A stretch of DNA of 35,707 nucleotides from a virus. Of the stretch, positions 1-8,196 are shown in pieces. Each line of letters starts with the position of its first letter. The first letter of the stretch is position 1. The notes beneath the pieces are model-generated. The model had not been told where the DNA came from, made no database searches, and worked only from the letters and a program-made list of their open reading frames with translations. Position numbers and translations under genes: made by a program. The DNA is taken from positions 1 through 35,707 of IMG/VR virus record IMGVR_UViG_3300045921_000105, one strand, 5' to 3'.

Positions 1-96
1 TTTTTCGCGTGCCCGCGGCGGCGGGCGGGCGCGCGGGGGGGCCCCCCCCCCCCCCCCGCCCGACGGCCGACAGCCGTCGGCCTGCGCGCGACCCAA

Positions 97-142
97 AAAA
101 GGGTTTGCCCGTGTCGGTAAAAGGTTGACCCCCAAGGATTTT
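97..142. repeat. 46-bp imperfect direct repeat, copy 1
   Basis: aaaagggtttgcccgtgtcggtaaaaggttgacccccaaggatttt matches 1731-1776 at 38/46 without gaps. Preceded by hairpin ccgacggc/gccgtcgg (60-80). Confidence 0.85.
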
Positions 143-156
143 TGGACTTGTGGCGG

Positions 157-642
157 TCAGTGCCGCCGCCGCGCGGCCCGCCCCTTTTCAACCCCGGCGC
201 GCACCGCTCTCGACTTTGCGATCTGGTCCCGCACCGCCTTGCGCGCCAGAGAGACGCCGACCACCCGTGTCAGCAACTCGACTGCCTCCGAAAGCTGCGC
301 GGCGTGAGCCCCGGCCTTGCCCTTGCGAAGCGCATGCAGCAGAGCGTCCAGACAGGTCGAGACGGGCGGCCTGACAAGCTGCACCAAGACCGCTTCCGGC
401 AGCAGAACGCCCGCGTCCTCGCCGCGGCGCAGCCCCCACAGCGCCGCCGTCGCGCCCATGAGCACGAGGGCGTCGCGCCCGAGCAGGTCGGGGATCGCCT
501 TTTCGACGGCCTCGATGCTCGCCGCGATGCGCCCGGCCTCCTTGTCGGCGCGCAGTGCGGCCTCCTCGCTGTCGGCCCGGTCGATCAGAGCGACGCAGGT
601 TTCGATGATCTCGTCGGTGGAAAGTTCTTCGGTCACGGGCAT
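157..642 (-). CDS. Hypothetical alpha-helical protein
   Basis: 3' part of ORF 157..735. Start is ATG 642 or GTG 636; AAGGGGG at 649-643 fits GTG 636 better. Protein-like composition. Confidence 0.7.
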   Translation of the reverse strand: MPVTEELSTDEIIETCVALIDRADSEEAALRADKEAGRIAASIEAVEKAIPDLLGRDALVLMGATAALWGLRRGEDAGVLLPEAVLVQLVRPPVSTCLDALLHALRKGKAGAHAAQLSEAVELLTRVVGVSLARKAVRDQIAKSRAVRAGVEKGRAARRRH

Positions 643-653
643 CCCCCTTGTTT

Positions 654-684
654 GAAACCGGGCGCCGCGCAGCGCGGCGCCCGG
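654..684 (-). terminator. Putative intrinsic terminator after DUF932 gene
   Basis: Perfect 13-bp inverted repeat ccgggcgccgcgc-a-gcgcggcgcccgg (658-684) followed by a short TTT tract on the minus strand, 5 nt after the stop codon. Confidence 0.55.
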
Positions 685-689
685 CATGT

Positions 690-1562
690 TCAGGCCGCGC
701 GGGCCAAGTCCGCCATGCGGTCGGCCAGCGTCCACAGCGCGCGGTTAAGCGCCGTGTTCTGGTCGAGGCCGCGCACCTCGCGCGTCGTCACCCGACGCCG
801 CTGCCCGGTTTCGTTCACCGACACCCCGCGCTGCCCGCCGCGGATGCAGTTCTCCTGCACGCGGTTGAAGGTCGTCCACAGGTCGGTCGCCCGATCTTCG
901 GCGCGACGCGGCGCCAGAAGCGCCCGCGGCGACACCGGCGCGCGGTCCTGATCCGGGAACCGGACCATGTGCGCCGCCTCGGCAAAAGCCTCGGCCTGCT
1001 GGTCGGTCAGCGCGATCCCCGACATGTTGCGGACGCCCTCGGTCACGCGCTCGCGCTCGCCGAGGACGGTGTAGGCGCCTTCGATCACGTCGTGCGCCAC
1101 CTGATCCGCCCGCCCGCTGTGCCGGACCTTGACCGGCGAGAACCTCTCGCCGACGGCCAGCCCGTTGAAGCAGACGAACCGGAAGAACCCCGGCAGCATC
1201 GAGTAGGCGGCGGTGCCGTCGTTCGCGTTCGTCAGGATGACCTCGAAGGCGTGGCCGTGCAGGTTCGTCGTCCCGCGGTGCCGAAGCCGCAGCATGTGCT
1301 TGGTGAACTCGCGGCGGTCGGCGTCGCGCGTCCGGCTCTGCGCCGCGGCAAACACCTCGAACCCTTCGCGCATCAGCCCCTCCACGACCGAAGCGGTCGG
1401 GATCGGGATGAAGCGGTCAGACCGGCTGTCGTGGGCCTCGGTGGCGAACACCGACGGCACGACGCGGGCGATCTCGGCGAGGGTCAGCGCCTCGCCGTTG
1501 CGGGCGGTGATCGAAGGGCCGCTGATGGCGCGGCCATGGCGAAAGGATTGGTAGGCGTTCAT
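690..1562 (-). CDS. DUF932/UPF0380 family protein (F plasmid YubP, CP4 prophage YafZ-like)
   Basis: Motifs PSVFA..AHDSRSDRF.PIPT, FTKHMLRLR, NANDGT..Y, FRFVC.NGL, DLWTTFNRVQEN, LNRALW. ATG 1562 with GGGAGA RBS. Confidence 0.88.
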   Translation of the reverse strand: MNAYQSFRHGRAISGPSITARNGEALTLAEIARVVPSVFATEAHDSRSDRFIPIPTASVVEGLMREGFEVFAAAQSRTRDADRREFTKHMLRLRHRGTTNLHGHAFEVILTNANDGTAAYSMLPGFFRFVCFNGLAVGERFSPVKVRHSGRADQVAHDVIEGAYTVLGERERVTEGVRNMSGIALTDQQAEAFAEAAHMVRFPDQDRAPVSPRALLAPRRAEDRATDLWTTFNRVQENCIRGGQRGVSVNETGQRRRVTTREVRGLDQNTALNRALWTLADRMADLARAA

Positions 1563-1611
1563 GGGGCCGTCTCCCGTTTGATCCGGCGGCAACGCGCCGT
1601 CCGGTGAAGGA

Positions 1612-1657
1612 CAGATAGCCCGTGCAGAGGCCCTAGTCAAGGCCCTTATAGAGGCCC
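1612..1657 (-). promoter_or_regulatory. Sigma70-type promoter with three GGGCCT direct repeats
   Basis: TTGACT(1640-1635)-N17-TATCTG(1617-1612). aggccc on plus strand at 1628, 1640, 1652 (12-bp period). Confidence 0.65.
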
Positions 1658-1672
1658 CTGTGCAATTTTTGT

Positions 1673-1728
1673 CCGGCGTCGGGCAAGCCCGACGCCGGGG
1701 GGCGCGCGCCCAAGCGCGCGTGCCCCCC
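1673..1728. other. Two adjacent GC-rich hairpins/cruciforms
   Basis: Perfect 12-bp inverted repeat ccggcgtcgggc-aa-gcccgacgccgg (1673-1698), plus gggggg-cgcgcgc-ccaa-gcgcgcg-tg-cccccc (1697-1728). Confidence 0.75.
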
Positions 1729-1730
1729 TG

Positions 1731-1776
1731 AAAAGGGTTCGCCCGTGTCGGTAAAGACTAGGCCCCCGCGGATTTT
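1731..1776. repeat. 46-bp imperfect direct repeat, copy 2
   Basis: aaaagggttcgcccgtgtcggtaaagactaggcccccgcggatttt. Overlaps the stop codon of the primase-helicase gene. Confidence 0.85.
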
Positions 1777-4226
1777 CGCGCGAGGCTGACGACCTGCCCT
1801 TCCGCGTGCTCGCCGACCGGCTCGACGCGCCACATGCTGGACGATCCGACCGCGCGCTGTTGCCGCAGCACCAACCCGCTGGCCACCACGTCCCGCCGCC
1901 ACCGCAGCGCCCTGCCGATGCCCTTGGCGCTCAGCGACGGGGCCAGCCCTTCCAGCGCGTCGCGCAGCGAGGGATCGCCTTGCAACGCCGCAGCCTTGTA
2001 AACGTCCGCCGAGGTGAACCGGCTGTCCCCGAACCGCACCCGCAGCGCGTGCAGCAGGTCGCAGGCGTCTGCCACGCCGTCCGCCTCGGCCTCGACCTCG
2101 GCGACCGTCTCGTAGGGATCGGATAGCCCGAGGTCCGGCCAGCGTTCGGCGAGTTCGACGACCGCAGCGCCGATCAGGTGATCCCACGTTGCGAATGACC
2201 GCACCGTGCCGCGCCGTCTGCGCCACGGCCCGCACAGCAGGCCGGTGGCGACCCGGCAGAGGCGTTCGCGGTGCTCGACGATGAACTCCAAGGGCCGCAT
2301 CGAGAAGCTGCGCCCGGTGGGCCGTTCCAGCCCGCTGTCCAGCCGCACCAGCACGGCCCGGCGGGCGAGGTCCGGCCCGAGCGTCATGTTGTTCCCGGTC
2401 AGGATCAGCAACTGCGCCGTGTCCACGGTGGCCATGACCGACGTGCCGAGAGGACGCCCGGTATAGCGCGGCGAGGTGACATAGGCGGCCAGCGGCGCGG
2501 CGTTGATGACGCCGGTCAGGTTGTCGTAGATCGCCGCCGGGGCGCCGCTGCGCCCGAGAGCGAGCAGACGCTTGTCGATCTCGGCGTCGTCGCGCCCGCC
2601 GCTTTGAAGCATCTGCACTGCCTGTGGGCCGGACCCGGCCAGCGCGGCGAGGCAGGTCGCCAGCAATGTTTTGCCGGACCCGGGCGACGGGGCATCGACA
2701 CAGATCAGGGGCGCTGTGTCGAGGCCCGGCCTGCACACGGCGGTCAGGACGGCCGCGAGCAGCGCCCCGCGGCTGACTGCCGGGAACTCGGCGAACGGCT
2801 CTAGCAGTTCGCCGACAGCGGCGGCCACGTCCGCTGCCCCGACCGGCGGTATCTGGCTTCGCCCGACGGGCAAGGCCAGATACAGCCGCGTCTCGGGGTC
2901 GTAGCCCGTCGCCCCGGTCAGCGGCACTGCCCGCCCGTCGCGCCAGACGGCCAGCGGGGCGGTGACGGTGGCGCGCAGTGCCGGTGCCCACACGTCCGCC
3001 GACGCGGCCAGCGCCGCCACCAGCCCGGCGGGCGGATCGACGCGCAGGGTCCGGTTCCTCTTGCGCGCGACGAATGTCGTTCGTCTCGCGGCTTCCAGCC
3101 CGAGACGCGGGCCGGTGACGGGCATGACCCCGCCGGTCTCGTCCACCAGAACGACCTGTCCGCCTTGCTGATAGAAGCGCCGCGTCGCGGCGAGCACCGC
3201 CCCTACCGCGTCCACCTGTCCGGGCAGGTCGCCGTCATCTACCAGCAGAACAGGGGTCTCGTCCGTCGCGGGTTCGCTGCCCTCGTCGGGCGGGGCGAGG
3301 ATGGCGGCGAGCCGTTCGGCCCCGTCTTCGGGGCGCTGCCGACGGCGTTCGATCTCCTCGTCGATGCGCTCGTCATTCGGCAGGTAGATCGTGCCGGACG
3401 AGGTTTCGTAAACCCGCACATCCCCCTCTAGCCCCGACGCGCCCGCATAGGCGATGCAGCGCGTCAGGTTTACCGCCCTGCGCCCTTCCAGCCATGAAGC
3501 GGACAGTCTGACCTGTTCATGGTCGTAGGCCAGTTCCGACAGGGTTTTCAGGTCAACGAGGCCGAACCGCTCGGTCTGATAGACCCGCCCGGTTGGCAGC
3601 GTGCGCTGCACACCGCCCCCGTCATGGTGATCGACGATGATCTTGCCACGCTCTTTCAGCAGCCGGTCCGCTGTCGCCACGATGGCGGAGAGGTCGGCCT
3701 GATCGACTTCCGGCAGTCGCGCCAGCGGCGTGTCGAGCGGGCTGTTTTGCGCCCACGCATAGCGCCGCTCGTTCTCGGTGTGCCAGCCCAGCGCGCCGAC
3801 CTGACGCCCGTGCTCGCCGGTGAAGACCTCGACTTTCGCGGTGTTGTCCTTCACCAGCGCCGTCAGGCTGGCCGCATCGGATAGCCGCCCGCGCCCCCGG
3901 CGCCGCAGCAGCCACAGTTCCCGCCCGGGCGCGCCGCTGCTCCGCACGCCCATGGCCGCGCCGATCCGATCCCACAGCGCCTGCGGCAGCCGGTCCACCA
4001 GTTCTTCGGTCAGATCGGCGTCGTTGAAGTCGATGTCCACGGCCACCAGACCGCCCTCGACCCGCAGCCCGGTCGCGTTCGACCAGTGCAGGCGAGACCA
4101 CGCCTGCACGGTGTCATTCGTGACGGGCAGCCTCGACCATTCGGAAAGGAAGCACCGCTTTCCTTTCAGGGGCAAGGGCGTGTAGCCGTTCGCCAGAAGG
4201 CGGATGCGGTCTTCGGTGAGGTTCAT
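1758..4226 (-). CDS. Bifunctional primase-polymerase (Prim-Pol) fused to P-loop helicase/ATPase
   Basis: N-terminal GYTPLPLKGK...TGLR...LVAVDID. C-terminal Walker A APSPGSGKTLL, Walker B-like IYDNL, LTGNN..LARR. ATG 4226 directly after the polymerase stop. Confidence 0.85.
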   Translation of the reverse strand: MNLTEDRIRLLANGYTPLPLKGKRCFLSEWSRLPVTNDTVQAWSRLHWSNATGLRVEGGLVAVDIDFNDADLTEELVDRLPQALWDRIGAAMGVRSSGAPGRELWLLRRRGRGRLSDAASLTALVKDNTAKVEVFTGEHGRQVGALGWHTENERRYAWAQNSPLDTPLARLPEVDQADLSAIVATADRLLKERGKIIVDHHDGGGVQRTLPTGRVYQTERFGLVDLKTLSELAYDHEQVRLSASWLEGRRAVNLTRCIAYAGASGLEGDVRVYETSSGTIYLPNDERIDEEIERRRQRPEDGAERLAAILAPPDEGSEPATDETPVLLVDDGDLPGQVDAVGAVLAATRRFYQQGGQVVLVDETGGVMPVTGPRLGLEAARRTTFVARKRNRTLRVDPPAGLVAALAASADVWAPALRATVTAPLAVWRDGRAVPLTGATGYDPETRLYLALPVGRSQIPPVGAADVAAAVGELLEPFAEFPAVSRGALLAAVLTAVCRPGLDTAPLICVDAPSPGSGKTLLATCLAALAGSGPQAVQMLQSGGRDDAEIDKRLLALGRSGAPAAIYDNLTGVINAAPLAAYVTSPRYTGRPLGTSVMATVDTAQLLILTGNNMTLGPDLARRAVLVRLDSGLERPTGRSFSMRPLEFIVEHRERLCRVATGLLCGPWRRRRGTVRSFATWDHLIGAAVVELAERWPDLGLSDPYETVAEVEAEADGVADACDLLHALRVRFGDSRFTSADVYKAAALQGDPSLRDALEGLAPSLSAKGIGRALRWRRDVVASGLVLRQQRAVGSSSMWRVEPVGEHAEGQVVSLARKSAGA

Positions 4227-4227
4227 G

Positions 4228-6429
4228 TCAGTCGCCGATCTTCGTATACCATTCGCCCGTGCTGACGCTCGCGGCAAGGGGCAAGTCCGGCGCCCACATG
4301 GGCCGGGCGCGCATCACGCCCCGCAGCGTCGCGGCTTCGCGTTCGGCGTCGGCCTCGGGGGCGAGGCCGACGATTTCATCGTGGGTATGCCCGACGAGCA
4401 CGAGGCTCGTCTGTGCCTCGCGCCGAAGGTCGTCGAGGTAGGTCAGCGTCTCGCGCAAGAGCACCGCGGCTACCGCCTGCACCGCGTTCTCGACAAGGGT
4501 GCCGTGCCACAGCCAAGAGACGCGCCCCTGTTTCAGGTAGGAAAGCTGCTCCTTGGTCGTGCCGTCCTTCATCGTGCGGACCCGCATGCGGACGCCGGGG
4601 TAGTAGAGCGGGAACCCGTCCGGGAGCACGCAGACCAGCGTCCCGCCCAGCAGACGCGGCAGGTAGGCGTAGGTCAGCCGCCCGGCGCGATAGGGCGTCT
4701 CCGGGTTCGACATGGCGCGCAGCGCGGCCTCCCACACCGCCCGCCAGAAGGTCGGAGCCCACGCATTGCGCTCGCGCCAGCGCCGGACGATCTCGCGCGC
4801 TTCGGCGTCGTCGAAGGCGACGCCGTAGTTCAGGGCCATGTTGTGCAGGGCGCCCGGCCCGCCGCCGAACCCGAGCGACAGCACGGGCACCTTGCCGTGC
4901 GACTGGCGCTCTGCGCTCGTCACCTCGGTTGGCGGCTTGCCGAGGATGTCCCCGGCCTGCACCCGGTAGATGTCCGGCGCGGTCTTGTCGAGGTCGTTCT
5001 GCTCGAACACCTGCACCACGGCGTCCCCGCCGAAGTCCCATGCCAGCCACGGCGTGATCCGCGCCTCGATGGCCGACCAGTCGCCCCACACCAGAAGCCG
5101 CCCGGCGGGGGCGCAGATGGTCGGCCGCAGCAGCGCGGACAGCATCTTCCCCGGCTCCCCGAAGGTCTTGGCCACGGCGTCGTAGGCCGCCGCCCCGCGC
5201 TCGCTGATGAGGCGGATGGCGTCCGCCTCGTCGTCGAGGGTCTTCAACGTGACGCGCGGCAGGTTGTGCACCTGCACGCCGCGCGACGCGAAGCGCCCTG
5301 TCGCCGAGGCGCCGCAGAAGACATAGCCGCCCGGCAGCCAGCCGCGACGAGGCCCGTCCGGCTGCGCCATGGCGACGATCTTGGCATACTTCCGCGCCCC
5401 CGCCGCGCCGCCCCACAGCTTGGCTTCCAGAACGTCCCGCAGGGCGATGACCTGCGGATGCGGGTCGTCGCCGCGGTCGAGCATGGTCTGGATCAGCGCG
5501 AGAACCCGCTCGACCCGGCGGCGGCCCAAGCTGTAGGCACCGACAGCCCGCGTGGCGGCGTCCTCGTCAGGTTCCTCGTCGTCGTTGTCGTCTTCACCTT
5601 CGCCCGTGGCGATCATGGGTTCGGCGTCCGGCAGGTGTTCGGCGATGATCCGGAGGCACCAGCCGATCAGCCGGACGGATTGCGTGACCTTGGTCACGCG
5701 GCCTGCGGTCTTCTCCTCGATGAGCGTGTTCGTTTCGGCATAGGCGCGCTCGGCCAGTTGCGAGGCGGCGCGGGCAAACGCCAGATCGACCGGCAGCCCC
5801 TGATCGTTGATCCGCTCCGAAGCCCAGTAGTCCTGCCAGTCGCACAGCCGCAGGTGCGGGGTGGCGGCCCATACGTCGCGCATGGCGGCCACGTCGTCCG
5901 CCGCGTAGCCGACGAACGCCGCCCAGTGATCCGGGGCGTCGCCGGGGGCCTTGTCGCCCGTCGAGAACATCCGTATCAGCGCCTTCCCGGCGGTCTGCTT
6001 TTCCACGCCGCCAACCTGCCGGGACGATAGAAGCAGGGTTGCGGGCAGGTTCGCCCGCGTTGCGCGGACCATGGCGCACAGAAACCACTCGACCTCGAAG
6101 AACGGGGCGCCGTCGATGCCGTCGGTCAGCGCCAGCCGGTCGAACCCGGCGTTCCACGCGACGAACTTCACCGGCTCCCCGGCAGCCGCGCGGGCGGCGA
6201 AGGCGCGAAGGTCTTCGGGGGCGTCCGCCCATGTCAGCCGCTCGCGGTCGGCGACTGCCCACGTCCTGACATCCCCGCCGTCGATGGCATAGGCGACGAT
6301 CAGCACCCGGCACTCCTCGGTGTGCCGGTAGGCCCCGACCTGCGTCACGTCGCGTTCAGGCGAGGCGCAGGTCTCGCAGTCTATCCAGCAGATCGAGGCG
6401 GGGATCAGCGGGGCGGTGCTGCTTTCCAT
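4228..6429 (-). CDS. Phage DNA polymerase, family A, with 3'-5' exonuclease
   Basis: Exonuclease motifs IDCET, AWNAGFD, YAADDV. Polymerase motif A GDWSAIEAR, motif B RQSHGKVPVLSLGFG, motif C HTHDEIV. Also ATGRFAS. Confidence 0.95.
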   Translation of the reverse strand: MESSTAPLIPASICWIDCETCASPERDVTQVGAYRHTEECRVLIVAYAIDGGDVRTWAVADRERLTWADAPEDLRAFAARAAAGEPVKFVAWNAGFDRLALTDGIDGAPFFEVEWFLCAMVRATRANLPATLLLSSRQVGGVEKQTAGKALIRMFSTGDKAPGDAPDHWAAFVGYAADDVAAMRDVWAATPHLRLCDWQDYWASERINDQGLPVDLAFARAASQLAERAYAETNTLIEEKTAGRVTKVTQSVRLIGWCLRIIAEHLPDAEPMIATGEGEDDNDDEEPDEDAATRAVGAYSLGRRRVERVLALIQTMLDRGDDPHPQVIALRDVLEAKLWGGAAGARKYAKIVAMAQPDGPRRGWLPGGYVFCGASATGRFASRGVQVHNLPRVTLKTLDDEADAIRLISERGAAAYDAVAKTFGEPGKMLSALLRPTICAPAGRLLVWGDWSAIEARITPWLAWDFGGDAVVQVFEQNDLDKTAPDIYRVQAGDILGKPPTEVTSAERQSHGKVPVLSLGFGGGPGALHNMALNYGVAFDDAEAREIVRRWRERNAWAPTFWRAVWEAALRAMSNPETPYRAGRLTYAYLPRLLGGTLVCVLPDGFPLYYPGVRMRVRTMKDGTTKEQLSYLKQGRVSWLWHGTLVENAVQAVAAVLLRETLTYLDDLRREAQTSLVLVGHTHDEIVGLAPEADAEREAATLRGVMRARPMWAPDLPLAASVSTGEWYTKIGD

Positions 6430-6733
6430 CGGCGATGGCTCCGATCACGGCGTCAACATCCGCCTCGCTCCACAGCACGACAACGATATGGCCCATGGAT
6501 CGTAGCCTGTCGTGCCAGACGCGCTGCGCGGCGGCAAGGCGGCCGGTCGGGCGCTTCATCTCGCACCAGATCGTCACCCCGTTCGGCAGCACTATAAGCC
6601 GATCCGGGACGCCCTTCAACCCTTTTGGGGCCATTTTTATGGCCTCGCCCCCGACACCTTTTATGGCCATTACCAGCGCCCGCTCTATTGACTTCTCAAG
6701 TGGCCCTGTGTATGTCCTTTCAAGAGCACTCAT
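6356..6733 (-). CDS. VRR-NUC domain nuclease (Holliday junction resolvase-like)
   Basis: LEKSIE...GVPDRLIVLP...WCEMKRPTGRL...Q, a PD-(D/E)XK pattern. Confidence 0.88.
   Translation of the reverse strand: MSALERTYTGPLEKSIERALVMAIKGVGGEAIKMAPKGLKGVPDRLIVLPNGVTIWCEMKRPTGRLAAAQRVWHDRLRSMGHIVVVLWSEADVDAVIGAIADGKQHRPADPRLDLLDRLRDLRLA
6688..6716 (+). promoter_or_regulatory. Putative sigma70-type promoter for the rightward operon, inside the VRR-NUC 5' end
   Basis: TTGACT-N17-TATGTC, about 30 nt before ATG 6748. Confidence 0.5.
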
Positions 6734-6747
6734 ATGGGAGGCAGGTC

Positions 6748-6924
6748 ATGGTGACTTTCGAGGAGCGTCTCGCCGAAGTGAACCAGCCGCGCCGGACTGT
6801 CAAGCTGCGTCTGGCGGTTCCGGTTGCGGATCGGTTGGACGAACTGTCCGCGCGGACGGGGGCGACGAAGGCGGCTATCGTCGAGGCCGCGCTGCGGGCC
6901 GCGCTCGACCCGTCGGCAGACTGA
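6748..6924 (+). CDS. Ribbon-helix-helix (CopG/Arc/MetJ-like) DNA-binding protein
   Basis: RRTVKLRL (strand), VADRLDELSARTG (helix), TKAAIVEAAL (helix). GGGAGG RBS at 6736-6741. Confidence 0.8.
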   Translation: MVTFEERLAEVNQPRRTVKLRLAVPVADRLDELSARTGATKAAIVEAALRAALDPSAD

Positions 6925-6936
6925 CAGAGCAGCAAT

Positions 6937-8196
6937 ATGCCGAAGCACAGCACACTCATGGGCGGCAGCATCACCCGCCGCAGGCTCAATTGCCCGGCGT
7001 CCTATCGCCTGACGCTTCGGGTCGAGGAGGGGGCGCCTGACGAGTTCGATGTCGCAAGCGGCGCCGCGCTGCGCGGCACCGCGCTGCACGCCGCCATGGA
7101 GGCCGGGCTGGATGTCGCCTTCGGCCCGAACCTCGACACCCCTTTCAAGTATGTCCACGACGACGGTCAGACCTATACGGTCGGGATGGACGAACTCGAA
7201 AACGATCTGCTCGTCGCGGTCAAGGCGCGTGAGGCTGTGATCGACAGGTATTTCGACCCGGATGGTGTATCCGTCGAGACCCGCGAAGTGTCGGTCGCCT
7301 TGCCGGATCACATCGCCCCCGACGCTTTCGGCACCTGCGACTTCCTGCTGTATGGCGGGCGGACGCTGCTGCTTGTCGATTACAAGTTCGGGTATCGTCA
7401 GGCGAAGGCGAAGGAACAACTCATGTTCTATGCCTGCGGCGCGCTCGACCGGGTGATCGACGGCGTGCGGATTGACCCCGAGCGGGTCGTTCTGGCCGTC
7501 GTGCAGCCCGCAATCAGCCCGGACGCCGAGGTATTCGAGGTGTCGCGTGCGGAACTGGACGCCTTCCTCAGCCGGGTTGCGGTTGCGGTCGAGGACATGC
7601 AGCGCGAGGACGCCGAGCACCGCCCGGTTGCCGGGGACTGGTGCCAGTATGCACCGTGCGCCCTCGTCTGCCCGCTCAAGGCGCGGGCGGTGTCCGCAGT
7701 CGAAAGGCTCGCATCCGTGATGTCGGGTGTGGAAGTCCAGCCTGCGCTTCCTTTGGTGCCGGAAGAGCAGGAGGTGATCGAGACGGTCTCGGCCGTGCTT
7801 GAACGCGCCGAGATGCTCGAAACCCTGATCGAGGCCGCAAAGGCGGCGGCGTTTCGCCTGATCGACGCTGGCTTCGATGTTCCGGGCTGGACGATCAAGG
7901 AGCGGCAGCGCCCGCGCGAATGGGCTGCCCCCGACACCAGCGTGATCGCCGCACTGCGGCGGGTCAGCCCCCAACTCGGGGCAAAGAAAATTGCGCCGAG
8001 GGCCTTGCTCAGCGTGACGAAAGTGGAAAAGCTGGCAAAGGCTCTTGATGTGGAGATACCCCCGAGACTGGTGCGGCGGGGGGAGCCGTCGCGGGCGCTG
8101 GCACGCGACGGAAAGCCTGACAAGCACCTTGAACAGGTCGCCAAGCTGGCGGCCGATGCCTTGCAACAGAAGGTCGAAAGGGTAACGGAAAGATGA
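6937..8196 (+). CDS. DUF2800 family Cas4-like PD-(D/E)XK exonuclease
   Basis: NCPAS, GTALH, FGTCD..VDYKFG, QLMFYA, VVQP, WCQYAPCALVCP (four Cys, Fe-S candidate). Confidence 0.85.
   Translation: MPKHSTLMGGSITRRRLNCPASYRLTLRVEEGAPDEFDVASGAALRGTALHAAMEAGLDVAFGPNLDTPFKYVHDDGQTYTVGMDELENDLLVAVKAREAVIDRYFDPDGVSVETREVSVALPDHIAPDAFGTCDFLLYGGRTLLLVDYKFGYRQAKAKEQLMFYACGALDRVIDGVRIDPERVVLAVVQPAISPDAEVFEVSRAELDAFLSRVAVAVEDMQREDAEHRPVAGDWCQYAPCALVCPLKARAVSAVERLASVMSGVEVQPALPLVPEEQEVIETVSAVLERAEMLETLIEAAKAAAFRLIDAGFDVPGWTIKERQRPREWAAPDTSVIAALRRVSPQLGAKKIAPRALLSVTKVEKLAKALDVEIPPRLVRRGEPSRALARDGKPDKHLEQVAKLAADALQQKVERVTER

Noticed and set aside
1..57. G7/C16 runs as a hairpin telomere
   Set aside because: Low-complexity homopolymer sequence at a contig edge is more likely a sequencing artefact, and there is no protelomerase.
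4204..6030. Long antisense or alternate-frame ORFs (also 8581..10386, 20293..21729, 30836..32758, 33537..35018, 1633..2991)
   Set aside because: They shadow well-supported genes, are Arg/Gly/Pro-rich without motifs, and are expected in high-GC DNA.
6748..6924. Phage-plasmid partition or toxin-antitoxin module around the RHH gene
   Set aside because: No ParA/ParB or adjacent toxin gene; the neighbours are replication nucleases.
6937..8196. CRISPR-Cas system suggested by the Cas4-like nuclease
   Set aside because: No repeat-spacer array or other cas genes. Solo DUF2800 nucleases are routine in phage replication modules.
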